Shown here: positions 18,101 through 30,100 of the stretch, in pieces
Layout: every line of letters begins with the position of its first letter
How positions within the stretch are numbered: the first letter of the stretch is position 1
DNA from: Klebsormidium nitens
Taxonomy: Eukaryota > Plantae > Klebsormidiophyceae
Assembly (NCBI GenBank): GCA_000708835.1
Contig: DF236962.1
Coordinates: 248,001-312,000, forward strand
Direction of reading: 5' to 3'
DNA length: 64,000 nucleotides
The notes under the pieces: model-generated
What the model was told of the DNA's origin: nothing
Seen by the model: only the letters and a program-made list of their open reading frames with translations
Database searches by the model: none
Position numbers and translations under genes: made by a program

Positions 18101-21100
18101 TGCGCGAGCGCCACGCATTCTGCGCACTTTGCCTGTGAACCCGCTGGACCCGCGCGCGCGTGGAAGTCGGCCAAGCGCACGGCCGCCTCCGACACAACGT
18201 CATAGCGCCCCTCTCTCAGGCCGATTGACACAGCCTTCTCGAGCGCATTCACACCCTGCTGCTGGAGCCGCTTAACACTATCAGACGGTCCTTCGTCTCT
18301 GGCTTCTGCAGGTTTGATCTTCTCCAAGTATTCAGTATCGGTTTTCTTCGCTGGTTCAAGCAGCGGCCCATCCTGACCGCTTTCAAAACTATCGCTTTGC
18401 TTTTCTCCAGCTATTGGGTTTCCGTTCTTATTCTTCTGGTCCACCGTTCCGCTGGACTCCTGGACCTCTAGCGGCCAAGCCGGCCCCGTCTCCGCCAGCC
18501 CATCAGCCGGTGTCTTTAGGGGTTCCTCCCGTCCGTTTTCCTCCTGGTTCCTCTGCCGCACTTTCCGGAGCGTTTCTTCGTTCCGCATCTCCCGAGCGCT
18601 GTGCTCGAGTAGGCACATGCCGAGCGTGCAGTGAAGGGCGGCTGCCACGTGGCAGAGATCGGGGCCGTCGCCCAGGAGGGCGAGCGCGTCACTCGCGTAT
18701 ATCTGCAGAGGGCCGAAGACGAGATAAGACCCACAATTGCAGATTCAGACGTGGAACCTCTTATCTGACCGATGTGATCTCTTTCTTGGGAGCAATGATG
18801 AATGCGAACTACCGTAAAGATGGTCCAAATGTGAGGCCTTGGAAGTTGAAGCCCGGACCAGATTTTCGGTCGGTGAAGGAGGAACGGTATTTACTACAAG
18901 ACCATCTTGAAAAGGACACATCGTTGCAACAGTCTCCAGGCCACTGAACTGGAAGCCTTCATCCGAAGACGTGAAGTCGAACGGTTCCTCTGCGTCAAAA
19001 GCATGTCCGTTGAATACTATCCGCGCGGATTTTTGTACCCTGAATTGCTCGGCAAAATGCATGCTCTCCATTTGCTATATCCTGCCAAGATTGGAGTTTA
19101 CTCGCTTTTCTAAGATGCAGTATGAAAGAGCTTTGATCCTTTGATTTCCTGCTGAACGTTACTCAGTGCCTTCTATTGTTTGCTTTTCAGTTTCGACAGC
19201 TGTATTTCGCGGCGACCAATCACTCACCACGGCCCTCTCTTCGTGCGCCTGCTCCCTGTTCGCCTCCCTCCGCCGCTGCACCGCCGCGGGCCCCAACTCT
19301 TCCGCCTCGTCGACCCACCTCCTCACCGGAGCGGAGTTCCGGCCCTCCACCAGCGGAATCTCCACCCTTCCGCCGGACTCCTCCGCCGCCTCGCTCGCGC
19401 CCGCGGCCATGGCCAGCTCCGCGCGCGCCAAAGCTTCCAGGATCTGCGCGACCTGCCGCGCGAGCGGCGCTGACGTCACCGCTGACGTCCCGGCGGGTTT
19501 GGAGGTTTGCAGCAGCGCGCGGCCCTCGTTAAGCGCCTCAAGGAGCGCGCGCCTCTGCGCGTCGGCGGCCGCGCGCGGGCTTCCTTCCGACGTGCCACGT
19601 GCAAGGGTCGAGCCTTCTTGGCGCTGCAGCCAATCGAGGGCTGCCACGTGGGCCAGTGTCGCGGAGAGAGAGGGCGCGCCGCCACCCAGTTCGCGCCAGC
19701 TGCAGAATACGGCATCAAAGGAGGTCCTAAGATCTTATTTTGATACATTCTAGAAGTCAAACCGATCCGAAGGAGCAGGAGTGACAACAGAAAGAAGGAC
19801 TAAAATATTTTAAGGCGGCTTTTGACCTTTCCGACTTCGAAAGTTGCCTGTCTCGAGCACGAGGTTCCTTGTGTCATTGAATGGCAATTTCAACGGGTGG
19901 TTTTGCAACTCTTTCGAATGTCTACTGAAAGCAAAGGCTAGCCAATAGTATGTAAGATACCGTTAAGCGACCACTGCTGTGCCTCCGTGAAAGTTTGATT
20001 GTTTATGGAAAAACTTTAAACGAAAAGTACCTACTCGCGAAGTACTTTGAGAAGATGAGAATCAAAGTCCATGTCCGAGCACGCTTACCGATCGCAGCAC
20101 TTCTGCAGAATCTCAACGGCTTCTCTAGCGGTCTTCACCGCCCGGTTCTTGTCCCCGACGCGCACCGAGTGACGCGACTCTGACGCCACCACCCCCGCAA
20201 GCTCTTGCAACAGCGTTGCCTCCGCGATTCCGGCGTCCAGGCCCATTCCGGTCCTTCCGCCGGAATCCGCTCTACCAGAACCCACGCTCTTGCTCCCGGT
20301 ATGTTTCGCGAGGGCCGCGAATCTCTCAACTCCGGCTTTCAGCAAGACACGTGCCTTGCTAAACCCGGAACCCCTCGGGAGCTCCTCCAGCAAGATCTGC
20401 GCGGCCGCGACCGCGCGTTCGACCCACTGAAAAACTTCGCCCTCGCTTGACACCGCCTCTTGGACCAGGCTCAGTGCCTCGACGTGCCGGTTCTCCAGCA
20501 GTGTCAAGCGCGCGAGGTGGAGCGCGCAGGCGGCCGCGCAGCCCTCGTCGTCGAAGGCGCACGCGTGCGCGCTCGCCTCGGTCAGAAACGCGCGCGCTCC
20601 CGAGAACCTGCCACGTGTCATCAGGAAGGCGGCCGTGGCGAGCCATGCGTGGCGCGCTTGGAATGGATGCTCTTTGCTTCTCAATTTTATCGCTTTTGAA
20701 ACAGACTTTTCTAAAGCATCTGGACTTTTGCGTCCGTTTAGCACTCGTTTCTCGCTATCGTTTCCTGTCTTCTTCTTCTCATTTTGCTCATCTCCGTTTT
20801 CCGCTGACCTCGACTCCGCCGGAACCTTTTTCGCTGCCAACCGCTTCGCCTCGAGTCGCTGCTCGACCTCCTCTCTCGCTTTCTTCCTCTCCTCGGGGCT
20901 GATCGCCAGGACACCTAGAAACTTCTCCCACTCCGCCGCTTCTGCCCTAAGCGCAAAACTCTCTAGAAGTTCCACCATGGCGAGCTTCTGCGCAAGCGCC
21001 ACGTCAGCGCGGCCCATGACCACGTCAGCAGTGACGTAAGCCAGCTGCCGCAGCGGCAGCGCGTGCAGATCCATCCCCGCCTGGCGGAGACAACTTTCTA

Positions 21101-24100
21101 GGCTTCCCAGGGTAGCCAAAAGACCGGACGGATCGTCTATAGCTTCTCGGAAGGGGTCCGGGGTTGCTTTTGGCCCGTCCTCTTGCAGGAGCGCTTCCAG
21201 GCCCTTGATCTTCTTCGCGAGCTGCCGGTACAAATCTGATCCGTTGATCTTGTTCTTGCTGCCGCCAGCCTTCGCGGCCGCGCTGAGCCCCAAACCCTTG
21301 ACCGCTTTCGCGAGCGCGGCCGCGAGTTCGTTGCCCAGCTTGACCCCGGCTCTGACCTGCTCTGCCAGGTCGACACGTGGCCACTCCTGAGGAGTTGAGG
21401 GGATGGCAACCGGGGGCTGCTGGTCTGCGTCCGGGGGGGTGCTGGGAACGGAGGATAGCGACCCCCCCAGGCGGGACGGACGAGTCGTGACTGCGCTACC
21501 GGCAGCCTTGGACAGCTGCAGAAAATAGGTACAGTAGTTGTTTGCATCAAAAGGTACAAACTGCGTCTCTTTCTGAGGCGGGCCATCGCAGGGGTTTTCA
21601 AGATCAGCCCCTTGTTCAGCAAGTCAAATCTGTTTGAGACGGGACGCGAAAGGCACCGACGCATCCTTGAGCAGCAGACGAGCGTGTTAGGTACCAAACG
21701 GAATGTCGCAAGGAATAAAGTAGCGTACTAATATTTTGTGTAGTGACAGCTCGAGACATCTGAAGCCAGACAAATGCATTCTGGTAAGATTGTGCTGTAC
21801 GAAAATGGAAGAGAAGAACGGCAATGGTAAGTGCTGAAAGCTTCGTGCATTCTGGTCGATAAGGAAAGAGCATCAAGGCGTCAGACCAGAGCATAGCCGA
21901 CCGCCTGGATTTCTGTGCCTGGGATCACCGCCCAGAGGTAGGAGAAGACTTGTGGCATTCAACCTTATGATCAGAAAATTAGGACCTGAAACTCAAACTT
22001 TCCCTCCGTCTGCAAACTTTTTTCCCATCTATTCGTAAGAGGTCCTCATATGCTGCAACAAGCGGACGGAAAGATGACGTCAGCACCGCGCTCGCGCGCG
22101 CGCTCACCGATCGCGCCAACCTGCTCTCCTGGTCTACCGCGAAGTTTGCCACCTCCGCGAGAGCCGCGCGCTTTTCTGCCACGTGTCCGTTCACCTCGCC
22201 CAACACGTGGCGCATCAGGCGCACCCCAAAGTGCTGCGCGAGGAGCGCATTCTCCCTGCGCTCCGCCAGGCTCGCGCTGGTCTTGGCCAGGGCGGTGTAA
22301 ATGCGCAGGAGCTCCAGCAGGCGCTTCGGTTCCGGCGGAAAGAGAGACGGACCGGCGGCGGAAACGGAGGTGACGCCAGATTTGACGGTGGACTTGCCGA
22401 CCACAGTGCCCTTCCTGGAGCGCAGACGGAAACAGGGCAGTCAGAGACCAACATGCGATTGAGGAACACGTGTCAGAGAAGTAGACAAGGGCTCTCTAAA
22501 GAATGCGAGAAACATCACGAATATTACATACTGAGAACCATAATAATTCAGTACGGGCAAGCAGCCCAAACCCTGCCAATCATGACTGCCGGAAAACCCA
22601 ACGATACCGAGGACTGGACGATACCAAAAAAATCAGCATCCGAGAGAAGAGAAATCGTCTCTCTGAAAACGAACAACGCAGCGCCTCGAAAAAAGAGTCC
22701 TTTAGATTGGAGGCAATAAGGCAGAAGAATACTTACTGGTAAAGCGAAAGACTCGTTCAAAGCCTCAGCAACTCGTAACTGAAATATGGTAAGAACTTTA
22801 TTAAGATATATAAAGCAAGGCACCTTGAACCGCCGGCCTGGCTGCCGCCGTCTCTTCGAGACGCCATGGATTTTCTGGTGGGGGCTTGAGACGGGCGAAG
22901 GGACCCGTGCTGGCTGCCGCGGAGCGATCCGCCGCCAAGAGCGGAACGGCCGGTGGTGGAACGGCCGGCGACGGAACCACCGCCCTGACGGGACGAAGCC
23001 ATCGTGGATCTGGACACGGGCACAAGATACTCAACCGATTGAGGATGAGTAAATGGCTGAAATGATTCAAATCTGGTGTCCTTGTCACAGCCTGAATCGT
23101 TTGTAACTAATCCTTTTTGTCTCACTCCTGACACTAAACAGTGATCTCGTTGATGACTGCTAGTAATCTCGACATTGATAAATGGGCAGAAACTTTCTCT
23201 TGTGAGTGGTAAACAACGTCCATATCCTCCGACACAGAACAATGGCCCCAGAATGAGTGCACATTCTTCGTCACGGAAAAGACCCGAAGCCGACTGCGGG
23301 GCTCGTTCCACTTCTGTCAAACGCTGCTAGTTTGCTAGATTAGTCGGATCCAAACATAATACATGTTGAAAGTCGTTCATGCACGTGTCGTGCACTTCTT
23401 GCAGGGCAAGAACTCTGGTCGAGAAAGCGGTCCTCACCTTCTTTCGCGGCCGTGCTTGGACCCGCTCGCAATCGACCCGCCGCCGCCGCGTGACTGGTGA
23501 CCCGCTTCTGCCTCATTGTCTTCCTCCTCTTCTTCCTCCTCCAAGTCGTGCAGAATGTCGGCCGCGCACAGAAGCACGTCTTCAGAATCGGTACCCGGGT
23601 AGCCCTGGCTTGCCAGATACTCCGCGTACTGAATCATGTATGGGACCTGGGGAAGAAAGAGCTCAAAGGGGTTCAATATCCGGATGCCAATAGAGGCGTC
23701 AGATACAAAAGTTACGAGTCTCTGCTAGTAATTGAATTAGCATAAGGCAATCTTCTCATTTATTTTTGACCTGCGAGACGTTGGGGGCTTCTTTGAAAAG
23801 CCGCAGATCCCTTTTTACGATCTGGCCGTCGCGATGCTTGGCGACAGTGATTGTCTCCATGCTTGTTGCAGATTCTGAACGTGAGACTCTAATAACCTTG
23901 CGCTTTGAGCAATATAAGAGATCGTCAGTCTTGGACCATGGGTACCATCGTCACGACTTGATAGATAGCGCTGGTTACTGGATTTGGAAAGGAGGGAACA
24001 CGCAGCAGAATATATTTGCTTGTCAAAACGTGATACACTTCGTCCTGGCCAAATATCTGGAAATTGGTGCAGGAAATCCGTCACACCTGCATCCAGGGCG

Positions 24101-27100
24101 TGTCTTCGAGCGCGTCGATCGCGCGCTGGTGCGCGGTGAGCCGCTCGAAGGGGTCGTCGCTCTGCGCTGCCAGGGTGGCCCACATGCGCGCGCGCACCTC
24201 GCCGTCCTTGTCGCCCATGCGGTCCAGCTCCTCGGACATCGGACGGCCCATCTTCACCTGCGTCCGTAAGACGTGCCGTCAGAAACTCATTTGAGCTTGC
24301 CAAGAAAGCTGAGGGCTCAAGTGGCTCGCAAGTGTTTCCAGTCTCAGCTTTCCGCGTCCTTGAGACGGGCTTCTCTACCTTACATCGCAGTCCCACGTTT
24401 GCGGCACATCGATATGCTCAAGGCTTTTGTGCCTCTGAGGGCGTGAGTCTCTCCGGAGCAACCATACCCTAAAGATGCGCCGCACTATCAGACCGCCATG
24501 ACTGAGAGTATCCCTCTCCTACCATCGCTCCTTTCAGAAGTCAGACAAATCACAATGAACCCGCGTCGATGCAACGGCCAACTAGAGCTGCGGTGATTCT
24601 CACCATGAACTTTGTCTTGACGGCCCACAGGTGCTTGTGCTGTCCGGAGGCCGTGTTCGGTACCGCCAGATCCGTCCACTTCATTCCGTCCTCCCACCGT
24701 TCCTGTTCCGCTAGGCACTCCAGCAGAACCAGAAAGAGCGACGCGTGGAGCTCGGGCGGGAGCGCGCGCACGCGCGCCGCGAGCAGCGCCTCGAGGAGCG
24801 GCTGACACGTGGCGGACAGCAGGCTGCGCCCCGGCGCGTCTTTCGTCAGCGGGAGGGCGGAGTTCCACCAGAGAACGGCGGCTCGGCACATCTGAGAAAA
24901 CGGAAAGAAACTGAATCGGAGGGAGCTGTTGAGGCACTAGTGTCGTCAGAACTATCTGCGCTTTTGCTTAAGTGCGCTGTCAAGTTTTCAAGTGCAGTTA
25001 CCAGCAGAGGATTCGTTGATTACCAAGGACGGGTGCTTTTCATTTGCTAGGGCACTCGAGATTTCAATGAACTCGTTTTGCTAGGAATCATTCTCCAGAC
25101 AACGGAAAAGCCAGGAAACCTCCTCTAGCAAACGTTCTCCAGCAAACCTTCTCCTTTTTGAAGGTCAATCCGAAAGGAAAAATGTTGGACCCTCAGGAAG
25201 TGCGATGCTAGATTTTTCGCAAGACATGGAACAATAGCACTAAGGCCGTGTGACCCAGCTTGGACATTGAAAATTGACTATTGCTAACATGGAATAGAAC
25301 ACCCTGATCCCTTGTCCCCATGCTTCTGAATCTACTTACCAAGTCGGTTCTGCCCGCTTTGCCTCCCCACCGCACCCCTTCCAAGAACCTCTCCAGAGCC
25401 TTTACTCTCAGCGCATCCTGCGCTGCGGGCGACTGTCGAGCAGGGTTGATGAGCTGAGTGGTCGCCTGGCCCTCCACCATCTCCGCCAGGGACAGCCAGT
25501 AGCAGTGGTACGGAGCGAGGCTTAAGGGTTTAAGGCGCGGCGCGGCCGCGTGCGGCACGTTCTCCTTGTCCGCTGCCGGCGCCTGCTGAGAAAGAAGGTT
25601 TTGTCATTCGCCCCTCTCCATAGATCTTGCATCTTTCCCCAAAGTGCTCGTACAAGAGGTCCGTGGTGCTTGCACCGTTCGAAGAAGCCAGCTTCAGAGA
25701 ACAAGCGTCGTCCGGTATTGATGCTCACAGAAGCTAGCCACCCGGAACATTCTTCAAGAGCCGATGGAATATTCAATCGAGACACACGACTAAGGCTTCC
25801 ACAGGTCAGACTTTTGGACTCCAGCCGGTTTCGACCCTCCCATCTTCTGTTCGAGAGATCGTCGTCACGACAACACAAAGTCGTGCAAGCTCAGTGGTGC
25901 CAGACAGTAGATGCAGACTTTCGACAATTCCTCCAGCGTATACTGCACATTCGGTAAAACCTGGCCGCCTGACCAGAGGCTAATTTGAAAACTTTGACCG
26001 ATGCGCAGAACTTTGACCGATGCGCAGAACTTGGACCTTGCGATAATTCGGATCCCTCTCATCGAACGGCCCAAGTTCTGCGGCTCGAGAAAAGTACTGC
26101 GACTGGCTCGATACGGGCTCAGGTCAGGCGGCCAGATTTGACCGAATCTGCAGTAGCCCGGACGGACGCTAGCTAGGCCTTCACCGCCTCATGTTGCGTT
26201 GCCGAATAGAAGAGACACAGATGCTTCGACTTCGGGAAACGGCTCTTGACGGTCCGCTCTGCCCTACCTTTCCCCCGAGCTGTTCCGCCATTCCCCGGGC
26301 GACCCTGCAGCAGGTGATGGCCCGCTGAAGGTCGCCCAGAGCAAGCGCTCCCCGGGCCACCTTGGTCCACAGCTCCAGCTTGACGCCCCCGGCTTTCAAC
26401 TCTGTGAGCGCGAGCAAGAAGGTCAGAAAAGAGGTGCATTTTTAAAATGGTGCTTCGTCAAGAGACTGCGAGAGTATTATTGTGCAGGTTCGTAATGAGG
26501 ATTGCAGGAATCGGTCTTGGGTGGTCTAAAGCGTTCCACCTTTCCACTGCACTAATTGTTGAAGAAAAGCTAGCGGGTCGTGGGGATGAATTAGCGGTCT
26601 AGATACGTTGATCGGCTCAAGACTCCCTATGTGCAGAGAGTTCCTCCGAAAGCTTGTTTCTGAAATTCAGAATCGTCATGTCATCCTGCGAAGCCGGCCC
26701 CGCTTGCGCTAACAGCTTTTCTGATGACTCGAAATCTACCGCCGAATTTATGAACGGACGGATAACAGACGAAGACGGTGCAACGGACCCACGCTGGGAA
26801 AAGCTCTTCTCTCTGAAGCGGGCATTCAACAGAGAATGCAAATGGGATCAAGTTTCACTCCGTTCCGCTCACCTGTTCCGTCTCCCTTCTGCAGCGCCTC
26901 CACGGCATCGGCCACCGCCTTCGCGCGCACGCCGGCGCTCTCCGCCGTATTGCTCGCGAGCTCGATCAGGGCGACCGCCTTGCCTGACGCGCCGAGCGCG
27001 TGGTCGCCCCCGGCCGCGCCCGCCAAACCCCTCAAACCCTGCACTTTTGCCTGCGTGGCTACCAACACCTTAAGGACAGTTTCGTCGACGCCTTGCATCT

Positions 27101-30100
27101 TCTCGATGACCTTCGAGCAGACTTCTGAGGCCGCGGAAAGCTCCGGCGCGTTTTCACACCGCTTGCGACCGCCCTCCAGCCCCCAGCTGAGGAGCTCGGT
27201 GTAACTTCTCTCCTCCAGCGGAGCGTCCGTCGGCGCAAGGTCTGGGGCGTCCGATTGGTTCTTTGGGGCCTGATCGGACGGTAGTGGTTTCACTGAAGGA
27301 GCCTCGTTTGCCGCTTTGCAATCCCCCGTCGGCAGAGCTTTGTCCGTCGACTTCGTAACGGCTTCCTTGTTTTTTGGGTTTGGACTCTTGCCGCGGGCGA
27401 CCTTCGTTTTGTCCGGCGCTGGCGGTTCCGTTGCCTCGAGCGGCGGAACTTCCGGAGCGGAGCGGCTCTCACGGAAGAGCCTCTGCAGGCAAGCGTGCAC
27501 GTGCCCGCTCGCGAGCGCGTTCGCGACCCCACAGACCGTTACCGCGTCCCTGGTCGCAATCGTTGCCGGCAATGTCAGCACTGCGTCGAGCATCGGCTGG
27601 AAGACTGGGACCAGCGGTGCGTACCGCTTGGCTTTCAGCAAGGGCAGGTACAAATTCCACAGGCTCGCCGCGGCGTTAGTCACCAACCAGGCCTCGTTAA
27701 GCGCTAACCCCTTTTGCGCGCCCTCGTGATAGCCCCCAAACGCGCGTTCCTGATACGGCCGAGCGTCGAAGCTCCCCTCGTTTGACGTGGCACTTTCGCG
27801 AGGACGGGAATCCGTTTTGCCGACGGATTCTGCTCCTGTCTGGTCGCTGGAACTGCTCTCTGCTGCGTTTGTCTCAGCCTTCTCGGATCCGCCCACGTCA
27901 GCAGCGACGTCGGGCGTGCCCCTCTCTCCGGCGGACTTCCGGTCGGGGTCACCTTTTTCCGGCGGAATGACTTCGATGCCTCGCTCCTTTAGCACACCCG
28001 CGCATGCCTCCGCGTCTAAAAAGGCGACCTCCGCATGCAATAGCACCATGTCGCGGTCCCTATTCACAGTCCAGTCTATCCCTAAAACGCGCTGGGTGTA
28101 AACGTGCGCGACCTCCCACAGCTTCGCCTCGACGGCGATCCTCACGGCCGCCGCCCAGAGCCGCGCCCTATCCTTCGCCCCCTGTCGAAACCTCTCCTCG
28201 CCGAACGTGACTCCCTTCTGACTGGTCTCAACACCCGCCTCGTTCGACGGCGTTTCTCTCCCCTTCGAAGGCGTCTCCTTCCCCGCCTTTCCCTTCACAC
28301 CTTTTGAACCCTTACCCCCGGGTTCCGCAATCGGAACCGCGGCCGCGGCCGCGGCCGCCTCAGCGCGGCCCTTCCGGCCCTCCTCCTCAATCCGCTCCCT
28401 TTCCGTTTGCTCTTCCGCTTCCGCTAACGTCAGTTCCGCCGCGGCCTTAGCCAGCAGGTCCGCACGGACGTCCGCCTTCTTGGCCTCTCTCGCTCGTTCG
28501 ATGATCATGAGGGCCTTGTCCATCGGACGGTCGGGATCGCTGTAGATGTCGCGCTTGAGCTTCATACGTTTCAGGAGGGGCTCCAGGTGGCGGTCCAGGG
28601 GACGGTCACAGCCGGCGGCTTCGACCTGGAGAGTATGTGTTTATCATTGAATTGTCTCGCTCGAGATTTTCTTGAAAAGGGATACCGAACGATGCGCGAC
28701 CAAAACAACCAAGAGAAACTACTTCAGAAAGAAAAGCAAATATGGATACGAACACTTTCAGGGACGTAGTCGGGATGTGTCGCTTGATTACGAAAAGACG
28801 ATAAAAACATAGGAAGCGGACATGAAAGTGAGTAAAGTCCAATCTCCGGGAGTCATACATTGTCGAGGGAACCTCATGAAGAAAGGGCATGACGGAACGT
28901 ACGCCACATTCCGCCTATAGAATCCCGATTGCGCAAACATTGGTTGACTTTGCGCTGCTCATCCTTTCAACCTTACTCTTGAAATGAATTGACAAACTGG
29001 CGAGACTTTCTTCTTACCTCTCCTGGGGGCGCTTCGTAGTCCAGCTCAAAGCCCTTCCTTGCTTCGTCCTCCGCCTTTGACAGCAGTTCTTCCGCCTGAT
29101 GCAACTCCGCCAACTCCAGATGAATTTGGGCCCTCAATCTGTGCATCCCCGATCCGACGGTCTCCAGCGCGCTCGCGGCCGCCCTGAGCGCCCGCGCTGC
29201 CACGTGGCGCCTCGAGGGGTCGAGCAGCGGGAGGGCTGCCTGCCAGATCAGCTGACACGTGTCCTCGACGCCCGCGCAGTCGCCCGCACGAAGGAACGAC
29301 GAGAGGGATCCCTCCGCGCGGCGGATGACGTCAGCGCGGCGCGCGGCTGCGGCCGGGTCGAGATCGGCGTCGGAGAGGAGGTGCACGTTCTCGCGGTCGA
29401 GGGCAATCTGAGAAACAAAGAATTATATTCAGTTCCCCTGTATAGGGCTGAAGGGAGAAGAGAACGCAGGAAATCGCATCCAAACGAAAAATCATTCCTC
29501 AGCAGACTATGATTGCTAGAGTCTCCAAACGAGTACAATTCAACAGCCCGAGAAAATCCTACTCACTCAAAGTATGACGAGCAACTGCACGAATGTCCAC
29601 CATAAGCTCTCTCGACGACTTGCAAGGGATCTGAAGGTGCAATTTTCCTGACACGTATTGTGGGCTTGAATGGATGAATGCAGAGTCGTAAAGTAGCGAC
29701 TGACAGGAAGCTATGCTGAAAACGCTGCAGGAGCGGAGCTGGGGTTCTACGAACCAGAGAAGAGGTTTGAAGCAGAAAAACTAGACCTGCAAATGTCTAG
29801 AAGCAGATCAGATCTGCATTTACCGCCGAGCGGCCGCCAAGGGACCTCTCGAACATTCTCATATCAGATGAGCACCTGAGTGCAGTAGAAGCCGGAATCT
29901 GACGTGGCCGTTCCAGACTATTGAAAGACCGATTGGGTGGTGAGCTGCTTTTTGTTCGTCAAGTGAAAGGGCCAAACTCCTTCCAGAGCATCTTTCCTTG
30001 CAACAAACCATTCTACAAGTCAGAATATGGAGAAACACCCTTACCTTGCACAACGCCAGCTCCGCCCTCGCCCGTCCCCCCAGCGTCTTCCCCTGCGCAG

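Noticed and set aside
29815-29880. Possible extra CFAP46 exon (cag|gtgctc...gcg|gtaaat)
   Set aside because: It has a stop in the required phase, and the flanking exons join in frame without it.
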